Assembly: GCA_043812195.1 (NCBI GenBank)
Contig: JBDRML010000023.1
Location: 1-47,983 of the forward strand
DNA from: Candidatus Woesearchaeota archaeon
GTDB lineage: Archaea; Nanobdellota; Nanobdellia; SCGC-AAA011-G17; PNOQ01
Length of the DNA stretch: 47,983 bases
Direction of reading: 5' to 3'
The notes below the pieces were generated by a model. That model made no database searches. It was not told the origin of the DNA and was given only the letters and a program-made list of their open reading frames with translations. The position numbers and the translations under genes are program-made. Positions 37,861-44,892 of the stretch are shown here, piece by piece (the first letter of the stretch is position 1; each line of letters opens with the position of its first letter).

Positions 37861-38157
37861 ATGAAAGCAGAAGTTATTGAAAAATTAGCAGCATTAATGA
37901 CAGCAGCATTAGGTTTAGTTGCAGCTTTAGCATGGAATGGTGCAATACAAGCAATTTTCAAAGAACTTTTTGGAGCACCAGATCAAATAACCGCTATGGT
38001 AATTTATGCAGTCGTTATAACAGGAATAGCAGTAATATTAATAATTTGGATAGCAAAAGCAGAAGAGCACACTAAAAGAAGATTCACAAGAAAGCAAGAA
38101 AAAGAATTAAAAGAAGAAATTAAAGAAGAATTAAAAGAAGAAGAGAGAAAAAAATAA
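37861..38157 (+). CDS. Two-TM small membrane protein (DUF5654-like)
   Basis: TAALGLVAALAWN.AIQ...YAVVIT. Confidence 0.7.
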   Translation: MKAEVIEKLAALMTAALGLVAALAWNGAIQAIFKELFGAPDQITAMVIYAVVITGIAVILIIWIAKAEEHTKRRFTRKQEKELKEEIKEELKEEERKK

Positions 38158-38248
38158 TTTTTTCTTTTTTATTTTTAATCAATAAATATTTAAATACAAA
38201 AATCTAAATTTCAAATATATTAAAAAACATAACTAAGCACCAGAACGT

Positions 38249-38770
38249 TTATATCCCGATTTTGAGGAATACTTGATTTGTCTTTCCTTTTGGAACTTTC
38301 TTTATAAGCTCTTTTTTATCCAATTCAGATAAAACTAGACTTAATTTAGTCTTACTCATATCAGTTCTTATCCTTAATGTATTCTGCTCAATACCATCTT
38401 GCTCTTTTACAACTCTCAAAATTTTCTTCTCATCTACACTTAATCCCTTTAAAATTAATTCAAATTTTTCATCTTCTTTAGTCTTAGTATCAATTTCTTT
38501 AATCTTACTCAACACAGCTTTTTCAGATTTAGAAAAGAACACTAAGTAAATTCCAAGAGCCATAATCAATGCACTTATTACATAACCAATAGTCATAGGC
38601 AAATTACTAGCTTCATGAATACATTCACCTTCATCATTAACACAAAAACCTCCACTGGCATCCATCAGATCATTAACTAAGTGATTAATATTACTTTGAA
38701 CAAAAATCAAAGCTACAATCATCAATAATGATAATACAATTAAAACCCAGCCAAGTTTTTTATTTTCCAT
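38249..38770 (-). CDS. Membrane-anchored MarR-like winged-helix regulator
   Basis: Two TMs with a Cys-containing loop; GIEQNTLR....SKTKLS..L..L.....IKK...GKTN. Confidence 0.8.
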   Translation of the reverse strand: MENKKLGWVLIVLSLLMIVALIFVQSNINHLVNDLMDASGGFCVNDEGECIHEASNLPMTIGYVISALIMALGIYLVFFSKSEKAVLSKIKEIDTKTKEDEKFELILKGLSVDEKKILRVVKEQDGIEQNTLRIRTDMSKTKLSLVLSELDKKELIKKVPKGKTNQVFLKIGI

Positions 38771-38815
38771 TATTTAATTTTAAAAATAGTTCTATTTTTA
38801 AAGCTTTCTTTTTGA

Positions 38816-39013
38816 TTATCCTCCACTAACTACACTCAAAAACTTTATATTATCTCCATTTTTAATATTAGTTTCAGAAGTAACTAATTCATCATTTTTA
38901 ACAATTATAAACTCACTAGCATTAATCTTTAATTTATCAATTATTTCTTTTATATTCTTAGCATCAATGCTCAAATTCTTATTTTTATTATCGACATAGA
39001 CTTTTATTTTCAT
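38816..39013 (-). CDS. Ubiquitin-like sulfur carrier (SAMP/ThiS/MoaD family)
   Basis: 65 aa ending GDNIKFLSVVSGG (di-Gly). Confidence 0.9.
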   Translation of the reverse strand: MKIKVYVDNKNKNLSIDAKNIKEIIDKLKINASEFIIVKNDELVTSETNIKNGDNIKFLSVVSGG

Positions 39014-39016
39014 TTT

Positions 39017-39448
39017 TCAATAGAAATAAACTTGAGGAGTTCTTACCTTAATACCTGCAAATTCTAATTTTGACATATTTTTTTTACTCTTGGTAACACA
39101 GTTATAGATATCCTGATGGTTTACATCTTCTGGCAACTGTCTTTCACAAAATCTTAGCAAATAATTTGTAGTTATAACATGAGGAAATATTGCTCTTATC
39201 TCAAGTATATCATATGCAGGAGAAAATCCATAATCAACAGTAGATAAACCAAATGCTAAATCTTGATTTCTTTCAACAATTTCTTTCAATCTTTCAATTT
39301 CAGCAGCTTTTATTTTTGCTTCTAAAAATTTATGACGCAGTCCTTTATTTCCCCAAACATTAGGACCACCAGCATAATATACTATTTCAGATGAATGTAA
39401 TCTTCCATCTAATACCCTCAAAAAATCCAAATCATCTTTTCTTACCAT
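39017..39448 (-). CDS. Hypothetical protein between the ncsA-like and SAMP genes
   Basis: 143-aa ORF with no recognised motif. Confidence 0.6.
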   Translation of the reverse strand: MVRKDDLDFLRVLDGRLHSSEIVYYAGGPNVWGNKGLRHKFLEAKIKAAEIERLKEIVERNQDLAFGLSTVDYGFSPAYDILEIRAIFPHVITTNYLLRFCERQLPEDVNHQDIYNCVTKSKKNMSKLEFAGIKVRTPQVYFY

Positions 39449-39479
39449 ATTAAAGCAAATATATTACCCTTTATAAGTT

Positions 39480-40391
39480 TTATTTTTTCAAAAGTTCAGC
39501 ATACTCACAAGCCTTACAAAGTTTTTGCGAGCTAACTTCCCCACATTCATCACAACTATTTACTAAAGCATTCTTATATTTTTTCTTTAACAATGGCAAA
39601 ACTTCCAAAAAAGACTGAATAATAGAATACTTAGTAGCAGGATATTTATTATCAAATTTATTCAACATATCTCTAACTTCATTCCTAAAAGAATCAACAG
39701 TATATGGACAATCATTAAACTTATCAGTTAATTTATTCAAATAAGCATAAGTCATAATCTCTTTCTCAGTCAAAAAATAAAACGGTTTAATTCTCTGTAT
39801 AAACTTCTTACGTTTTTTAAGACCAGTAACAGGACCTAATCTAGCAGAAGTAGCAATATTACTCTTAAATTCATTCATTAAAATAGACTGTGCCTCATCA
39901 TCTAAATTATGTCCAGTAGCTAATTTCTTAATATTCAACTTCTGAGAATACTTATTCAATAAATACCTTCTAAATATTCCACATATAGTACAAGGATTAA
40001 CTTTCAACTTCTTCAAAGCTTTATCCAAAGTATATCCAAATTCATCTTCAAAAGTATAAATATATAATTCAATATTATTCTTTTTACAATAATCTTCAGC
40101 TGTTTTTCTAGAAGCATCCCTATATCCATGAATGCCCTCATCAATCAAAATAGCAATTAAATTAATTTCTCGTTCACTAAACAATTTATTCAAAACATGC
40201 AATAAACTCAAAGAATCCTTGCCTCCAGAAATAGCAACTCCAATTTTATCTCCCTTATTAAACATCTTATACTTTCTTATAGTTTTTCTTACTTTTCTCT
40301 CAAAATAATGAATAAAACATGATTTACAAAGAGAAACTTCACTATTAGGAAGCTTAATTACAGGATTTGTTTTACATTTTGCGCATGTCAT
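39480..40391 (-). CDS. ncsA: tRNA 2-thiolation enzyme (NcsA/TtuA/Ncs6 family)
   Basis: N- and C-terminal Zn fingers, SGGKDS PP-loop, CTICGIFRR, TGHNLDD, CPY. Confidence 0.9.
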   Translation of the reverse strand: MTCAKCKTNPVIKLPNSEVSLCKSCFIHYFERKVRKTIRKYKMFNKGDKIGVAISGGKDSLSLLHVLNKLFSEREINLIAILIDEGIHGYRDASRKTAEDYCKKNNIELYIYTFEDEFGYTLDKALKKLKVNPCTICGIFRRYLLNKYSQKLNIKKLATGHNLDDEAQSILMNEFKSNIATSARLGPVTGLKKRKKFIQRIKPFYFLTEKEIMTYAYLNKLTDKFNDCPYTVDSFRNEVRDMLNKFDNKYPATKYSIIQSFLEVLPLLKKKYKNALVNSCDECGEVSSQKLCKACEYAELLKK

Positions 40392-40430
40392 TAGTAAACA
40401 TATTTTTAGATAAATTTAAAAAAGTATCTT

Positions 40431-40973
40431 TTAACTTAAATCCAAAATTACTTTTAAAGGACTGTATTCAAGGATATATCTTAGCGCTCTTTCATCTTGA
40501 TCTTTATCATTAATAAAATTTATTTTTTGATCCCCAAGAGCACCAATTACAGCTTCCCTACAATAATCAAAATGCTCTGTTGTTGGTCCCTCCTTAAAGC
40601 TTGATTCAAAATTATTAGTATAAGAAGCAATATGACTTAATAATTCAATTCTATTTTCACGGAAAAAATATTTAAATAAAAATAAGATGTCTTCTGAAGT
40701 TCTTTGATGTCCTTCAGCCAGCTGAAAAGCTTTTTTAATAATATAATGGTCTTCAATTTCAGTTATTATTTGAATGCATAAATCATATTCATTCATTGAA
40801 CTAATAGCTATTTTACGTGTTCTTAAACATGCCTTTAGCACCTTATTAACCATATCCTCACAAGGAGAAATAATAAATCCAATCTGAGAAGAAATCACAT
40901 CATCAATAGACTTTTTAAAGAACTTCTCTCTTACTAATTTAGCATATTTAGATTCCATGTTCAATTTTAACAT
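40431..40973 (-). CDS. Hypothetical protein
   Basis: Long ORF, no motif; start may be the internal ATG (MESKY). Confidence 0.55.
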   Translation of the reverse strand: MLKLNMESKYAKLVREKFFKKSIDDVISSQIGFIISPCEDMVNKVLKACLRTRKIAISSMNEYDLCIQIITEIEDHYIIKKAFQLAEGHQRTSEDILFLFKYFFRENRIELLSHIASYTNNFESSFKEGPTTEHFDYCREAVIGALGDQKINFINDKDQDERALRYILEYSPLKVILDLS

Positions 40974-41045
40974 TTAATTAGGGTTTATAATAATTTTCAA
41001 TTTAAGAAAACTTTTTAAACAAAAATATCTGAAATAAACTAGATT

Positions 41046-41720
41046 ATGGAAAAATACAAAATAGAGGTCATAGGAATTAAAAAATTTTCAGAGGGCAGCT
41101 TCATTTTAAAAACCAAAAAGCCAAAAGCCTTTAATTTTAAAGCAGGGCAATTCGTAATGATTCATTATAAAAATAACAAAAAAGCATTTTCTATTTCCTC
41201 CCATCCATCAAACAAAACACTTTATTTCTTAATAAAAAAACACAATAAAGGAGCAGTAACACCATTTTTATATAATTTAAAAAAAGGAGATAAAATAGAG
41301 ATATCCGGACCATTTGGAGCATTCACTATAAAAGATTTATCATCTAAAGAAATTATTTTCATTGCTGCTGGGACAGGGATTTCTCCATTTAGAGGCATGA
41401 TATTAGAAGCATTAAAAAGATTCCCAAATAAAAAAATAAATCTAATCTTTGGATTTAGACAAGATTTTTATTACAAAGATTTTTTTGATAAATTAAAAGA
41501 AAAAAATAAAAACTTTAATTATCATGCATTTTGCACAGGAAATATTAAAGATTGGAAAGGAAAAAAAGGCAGAGTTACAGAACATATGCCAAAAATAATC
41601 ATATCTCCTAATAACAAAGAAGCATTTATATGCGGGCCAAAAGAAATGGCAGAATCAACAAAAAACACATTAATAAAAATAGGTTTTAAATTAGATCAAA
41701 TTCATATGGAAAAATGGTAA
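41046..41720 (+). CDS. FAD/NAD(P)-binding ferredoxin-reductase-type oxidoreductase
   Basis: FKAGQF, AFSISS, GPFG.F, AAGTGISPF, FICGP. Confidence 0.9.
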   Translation: MEKYKIEVIGIKKFSEGSFILKTKKPKAFNFKAGQFVMIHYKNNKKAFSISSHPSNKTLYFLIKKHNKGAVTPFLYNLKKGDKIEISGPFGAFTIKDLSSKEIIFIAAGTGISPFRGMILEALKRFPNKKINLIFGFRQDFYYKDFFDKLKEKNKNFNYHAFCTGNIKDWKGKKGRVTEHMPKIIISPNNKEAFICGPKEMAESTKNTLIKIGFKLDQIHMEKW

Positions 41721-41732
41721 AATGGAGGAAAA

Positions 41733-41951
41733 ATGAAATACAAAATTAAATACCACAAAGACAAATGCATAGGAGCAGGAAGTTGCGCTAAAATAGCACC
41801 AAAAACATGGAAATTAGGTAGTGATGGATTAGCCATTCTTTTAAAATCCTCATTCACAGATGCAGAAAAAGCTATAAATGTGAAAGCAGCAAAATCTTGT
41901 CCAGCTCAAGCTATAGAAATCTTTGATGAAAAGGGCAAAAAAATTGTTTAA
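41733..41951 (+). CDS. Monocluster ferredoxin, probably [3Fe-4S]
   Basis: CIGAGSC...CPAQAI (second Cys replaced by Ala). Confidence 0.85.
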   Translation: MKYKIKYHKDKCIGAGSCAKIAPKTWKLGSDGLAILLKSSFTDAEKAINVKAAKSCPAQAIEIFDEKGKKIV

Positions 41952-42327
41952 AATCTATGTACTAGGAAATCCTTTAATAGAAGAAGACTCTCTCCCAATC
42001 AAATTATTGCCAAAACTCAGAGAAAATTTCAAAAATATTTCTTTCGTAGAAATTGATCCAACAGAAACACTACCAGAAGGAAAAAACCTAACAATTTTAG
42101 ATACAATAATAAACACAGAAGAAATCAAAATTCTAAAAGATATAAGTAAAATAGAATCCCAACCAAATTATTCCTTACACGATTTTGACTTAGCTTTCAA
42201 TCTTAAATTAATGAAAAAACTAGGACAAATAGATAATGTTACAATAATAGGTCTACCACCAAATATAAATCAAAATAAAGCAATAAAAGAATTAAAACCA
42301 ATTATATCCAATTTACTATCCACTTAA
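41923..42327 (+). CDS. Hydrogenase maturation protease-like protein (HycI/HybD fold, divergent)
   Basis: VLGNPL..D, ILD, SLHD..L...L.L, IIG.P; next to the hydrogenase; start uncertain. Confidence 0.65.
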   Translation: MMKRAKKLFKIYVLGNPLIEEDSLPIKLLPKLRENFKNISFVEIDPTETLPEGKNLTILDTIINTEEIKILKDISKIESQPNYSLHDFDLAFNLKLMKKLGQIDNVTIIGLPPNINQNKAIKELKPIISNLLST

Positions 42328-42736
42328 TCTAAGCATATCTATATTAGTAAATATCCTAACTTTTTGCTGTTCCTTAAAATGTGGATCATGAGTCCATATT
42401 CCTTCAGATTTATATGAAAGGCTAACTGCTAAATAAGAGATATCTTTAGAATCATTTATTTCATCTTTAATATCATCTATAAACCCCATATATTCTTGCT
42501 TTGGAACAATACTAATGTACTCAAAAATTAAAGACAATAAAATATCAAATTTTTCTTCATCTATCTCTGCTTTTCTTATTATATATTCTTTATATTTATC
42601 TATTTCACTTCTTATAAAATCTGGCGCTATAAATTCAAGCTATAAATTCAAAATTCTTATCAAATAAGATTTCTCTTGTTGTGCTCTCTTTTATTAGGGC
42701 CGCAATAACTCTATTAGAATCAATCACGATTTTCAT
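42316..42736 (-). pseudogene. PIN-domain toxin frameshifted by a 13-bp tandem duplication
   Basis: [16 protein letters not shown]...; GCTATAAATTCAA twice at 42626-42651; removing one copy restores a 135-aa ORF ending D.KD..YLA...IWTHD.HF. Confidence 0.9.
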
Positions 42737-42960
42737 TTAATTAAACCATGTTTTTTAGCTATTCCTTTATTTATTTTTCTACTTATCTCTAAGACATCTT
42801 TCTCAGTAAATTTACTTTTTGAAAGCAATTTATCCATTAACTCCAACTTTCTAGCCTTTTCCAGAATAGCATGTCTAGCAACTTCACTCCATTTTACATC
42901 TTTATGCTTTTTCATTATTCTATGCAATTCATTTGGTAACGCAAGTGTCATATTGGTCAT
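42733..42960 (-). CDS. RHH-like antitoxin
   Basis: [16 protein letters not shown]...KWSEVAR.AI; AGGTGA RBS; ATGA overlap with the PIN gene. Confidence 0.8.
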   Translation of the reverse strand: MTNMTLALPNELHRIMKKHKDVKWSEVARHAILEKARKLELMDKLLSKSKFTEKDVLEISRKINKGIAKKHGLIK

Positions 42961-42970
42961 TTTTATCACC

Positions 42971-42995
42971 TAAGTAATTTAAGTAGATATACTTA
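42971..42995. promoter_or_regulatory. Putative autoregulatory operator TAAGTA-GATA-TACTTA plus an extra half-site
   Basis: Palindrome at 42980-42995 between TATA and start; TAAGTA also at 42971. Confidence 0.5.
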
Positions 42996-43014
42996 TTTAA
43001 AGCTTTCGGTTTTT

Positions 43015-44292
43015 CTATATCCAATTTACTTTCAAAAAATGAGTAGCACAACTAATACAAGGATCATAGGCTCTGATTAACTTCTCAATTTCATATTGAA
43101 TTTCTTCTTTAGATTGTTTCTTCAAATTATTTTGAACTAGTTTCTTAATATCTAACTCCATATTAATCTGATTCTGTTGTGTAGGAACTACAATATTGCC
43201 TTCTTTTATTGTTCCATTCTTAGTAATAGATAATCTATAAAATAAAGTTCCTCTAGGCGCCTCAATTACCCCAACACCTTCGCAAGCTTTAGGAGTGTAT
43301 TTAACAGGTTCTTCAGGTTTAAAATTATTTTTCTCAATTATATCAATACTATTATCTATTGCATGTAAAATCTCAATTCCCTGAGCTAAATTATTATGGA
43401 AAATATTATTAGATGGAAATAATTTCAAATATTTGGCAGCATCTCTCTTTGTATTTTTATGCAAAGCATTCTTATTCAGATTTATTCTTGCTAAAGCACC
43501 AACCATATACGTACCTCCTTTAAATTCATATCCAACTGCCTGAGAATAAGGCAAAACAACCTTATGTAAATACTTAAAATAATCTTTCTCCTTTATTCTA
43601 GTTCCCCTACTAGTAAGTATTTCACCATCCAAGAAATCAAAACCATTATTTACCAATCCAACAAAATTAGTTCTTCTAACATAATCAATCTTAGAATTAT
43701 AATAAATATCCAAAACTGGAAATAATCTTTTTCTCACATTTTTCAATTCTTTAACTAAATTTTTCAATTCTTCATTTTTAGGAATATTAGCAAAACCACC
43801 AACAGCAGGATAAGGAGCATGAACAGCTCTTCCAGCAACCACAGTACTTAATAAATTTCCAACTTTTTTAATAGCAAAAGCATCTTTCAACAAATCAGCT
43901 TCTGCACCTTCAAAATCCAAAACAGAATCTTTATTAAAAATATCAGGCAAAGTAAATAAATAAATATGTAAAGCATGATCTCTTATCATTAAACCATTCA
44001 TAGTCAATTTTTTCAATAATTTAGTTTGTTCACTAACTTTAACACCCAATGCATTCTCAATAGCTTCGAGACAACACATAGTATGAGCAATACTGCAAGT
44101 TCCACATATTCTAGCTACAGACTGAGCCAAAGTATCAATGCTTCTTCCCCTAATAGCCTGAGTAAAAAATCTTTTATTATCAGTAAATTTAATTTTAACT
44201 TTCTCAACTTTTCCATTAACAACTTTAACATCCAAATCAGCATGCCCTTCTATTTTACTTAAATTTTGTATATTTATATTGACATCTTTCAT
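43015..44292 (-). CDS. hydA: [NiFe]-hydrogenase large subunit, group 3 (3b sulfhydrogenase alpha-like)
   Basis: KIEGHA, ARICGTCSIAH (L1), EAPRGTL, VPTQQN, RAYDPCISCATH (L2) plus a short C-terminal extension. Confidence 0.92.
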   Translation of the reverse strand: MKDVNINIQNLSKIEGHADLDVKVVNGKVEKVKIKFTDNKRFFTQAIRGRSIDTLAQSVARICGTCSIAHTMCCLEAIENALGVKVSEQTKLLKKLTMNGLMIRDHALHIYLFTLPDIFNKDSVLDFEGAEADLLKDAFAIKKVGNLLSTVVAGRAVHAPYPAVGGFANIPKNEELKNLVKELKNVRKRLFPVLDIYYNSKIDYVRRTNFVGLVNNGFDFLDGEILTSRGTRIKEKDYFKYLHKVVLPYSQAVGYEFKGGTYMVGALARINLNKNALHKNTKRDAAKYLKLFPSNNIFHNNLAQGIEILHAIDNSIDIIEKNNFKPEEPVKYTPKACEGVGVIEAPRGTLFYRLSITKNGTIKEGNIVVPTQQNQINMELDIKKLVQNNLKKQSKEEIQYEIEKLIRAYDPCISCATHFLKVNWI

Positions 44293-44380
44293 TACATATT
44301 TGGCAAGGATACCCTACAGTTTAGTGTAGGGAGGAATTGCCATCCTCCATAATATTTTTCTTATACATTTTTTAATATGA

Positions 44381-44462
44381 GCATGCGCAAGGAATTTCGC
44401 GCATGCACACGAACCAATCGTGATAGTGTGAGCTCTAAAAATTCCTTGTTGCAGGAAGCAAC
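44381..44462 (+). ncRNA. Candidate pseudoknotted cis-regulatory RNA in the tnpA leader
   Basis: Stem GCATGCGC/GCGCATGC whose loop AAGGAATTT is complementary to AAATTCCTT (44439-44447); two further hairpins. Confidence 0.55.
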
Positions 44463-44465
44463 AAA

Positions 44466-44843
44466 ATGGAATTAAAAGCAACTCAACATGGGTATGAACA
44501 AAATACATACCACTTGGTTTTTGTACCTAAATGCAGGTACAAATACTTTATGTATCAAGGCATTAAAAAGCTTTGCAAGAAAGCTTTTTATGGTATAGCA
44601 TACTGCTATAATTTCAAGATACATTCCCTTGAAATCCAGCCAGACCACATACATTTGTTTGTTAGCTTTGCACCAAGTTTTTCTATAAGCAAAGTTGTGC
44701 AATTATTTAAAGGAATACATTTCTGGTCTGCAGGAAAGTTCTATAGATCTGTTGGCAATGTAACTGCTGAAACTATACAGCACTACATTGAGCAAAGCCA
44801 ACATGGCTGGACTTTCGAACGTCAGACCAAGCTTAGAGCTTAG
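44466..44843 (+). CDS. tnpA: Y1 (HUH) transposase, probably internally deleted
   Basis: YHLVFVPKCR, PDHIHLFV, FWS.G.F..SVG, I.HYIEQ; FKG runs directly into HFWS. Confidence 0.88.
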   Translation: MELKATQHGYEQNTYHLVFVPKCRYKYFMYQGIKKLCKKAFYGIAYCYNFKIHSLEIQPDHIHLFVSFAPSFSISKVVQLFKGIHFWSAGKFYRSVGNVTAETIQHYIEQSQHGWTFERQTKLRA

Positions 44844-44892
44844 TCTCCATGATACCTCGCCCTTCAGGGCGAGGAGTAATCATTTTAATTTT

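Larger units (their letters stand above)
42303..43030. repeat. 15-bp exact direct repeat TATATCCAATTTACT (42303-42317, 43016-43030) bracketing the vapBC-like module
   Basis: Exact match read from sequence. Confidence 0.85.
44293..44883 (+). mobile_element. IS200-type element (IS200/IS605 family, tnpA only)
   Basis: Left end: TCAT target (44289-44292), GATA guide at +16..+19, CCCTACA/TGTAGGG hairpin. Right end: GATA at 44851, CCTCGCCC-ttca-GGGCGAGG hairpin, terminal TCAT 44880-44883. Confidence 0.88.

Noticed and set aside
38095-38150. AAAGAAGAA(A/T)T tandem repeats
   Set aside because: Low-complexity KEE coding tail.
5630-43010. Frequent AAAGCTTT or AAACTTT followed by TTTAAA/TTATA in intergenic regions as a novel repeat
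   Set aside because: Explained as ordinary archaeal BRE-TATA promoter junctions.
44292-44295. IS608-type TTAC target site
   Set aside because: The GATA guide predicts TCAT, and only TCAT gives the +16..+19 guide spacing.
44293-44883. IStron, or TnpB/IscB with omega-RNA
   Set aside because: No tnpB/iscB ORF or remnant; the leader is too short for a group I intron core.
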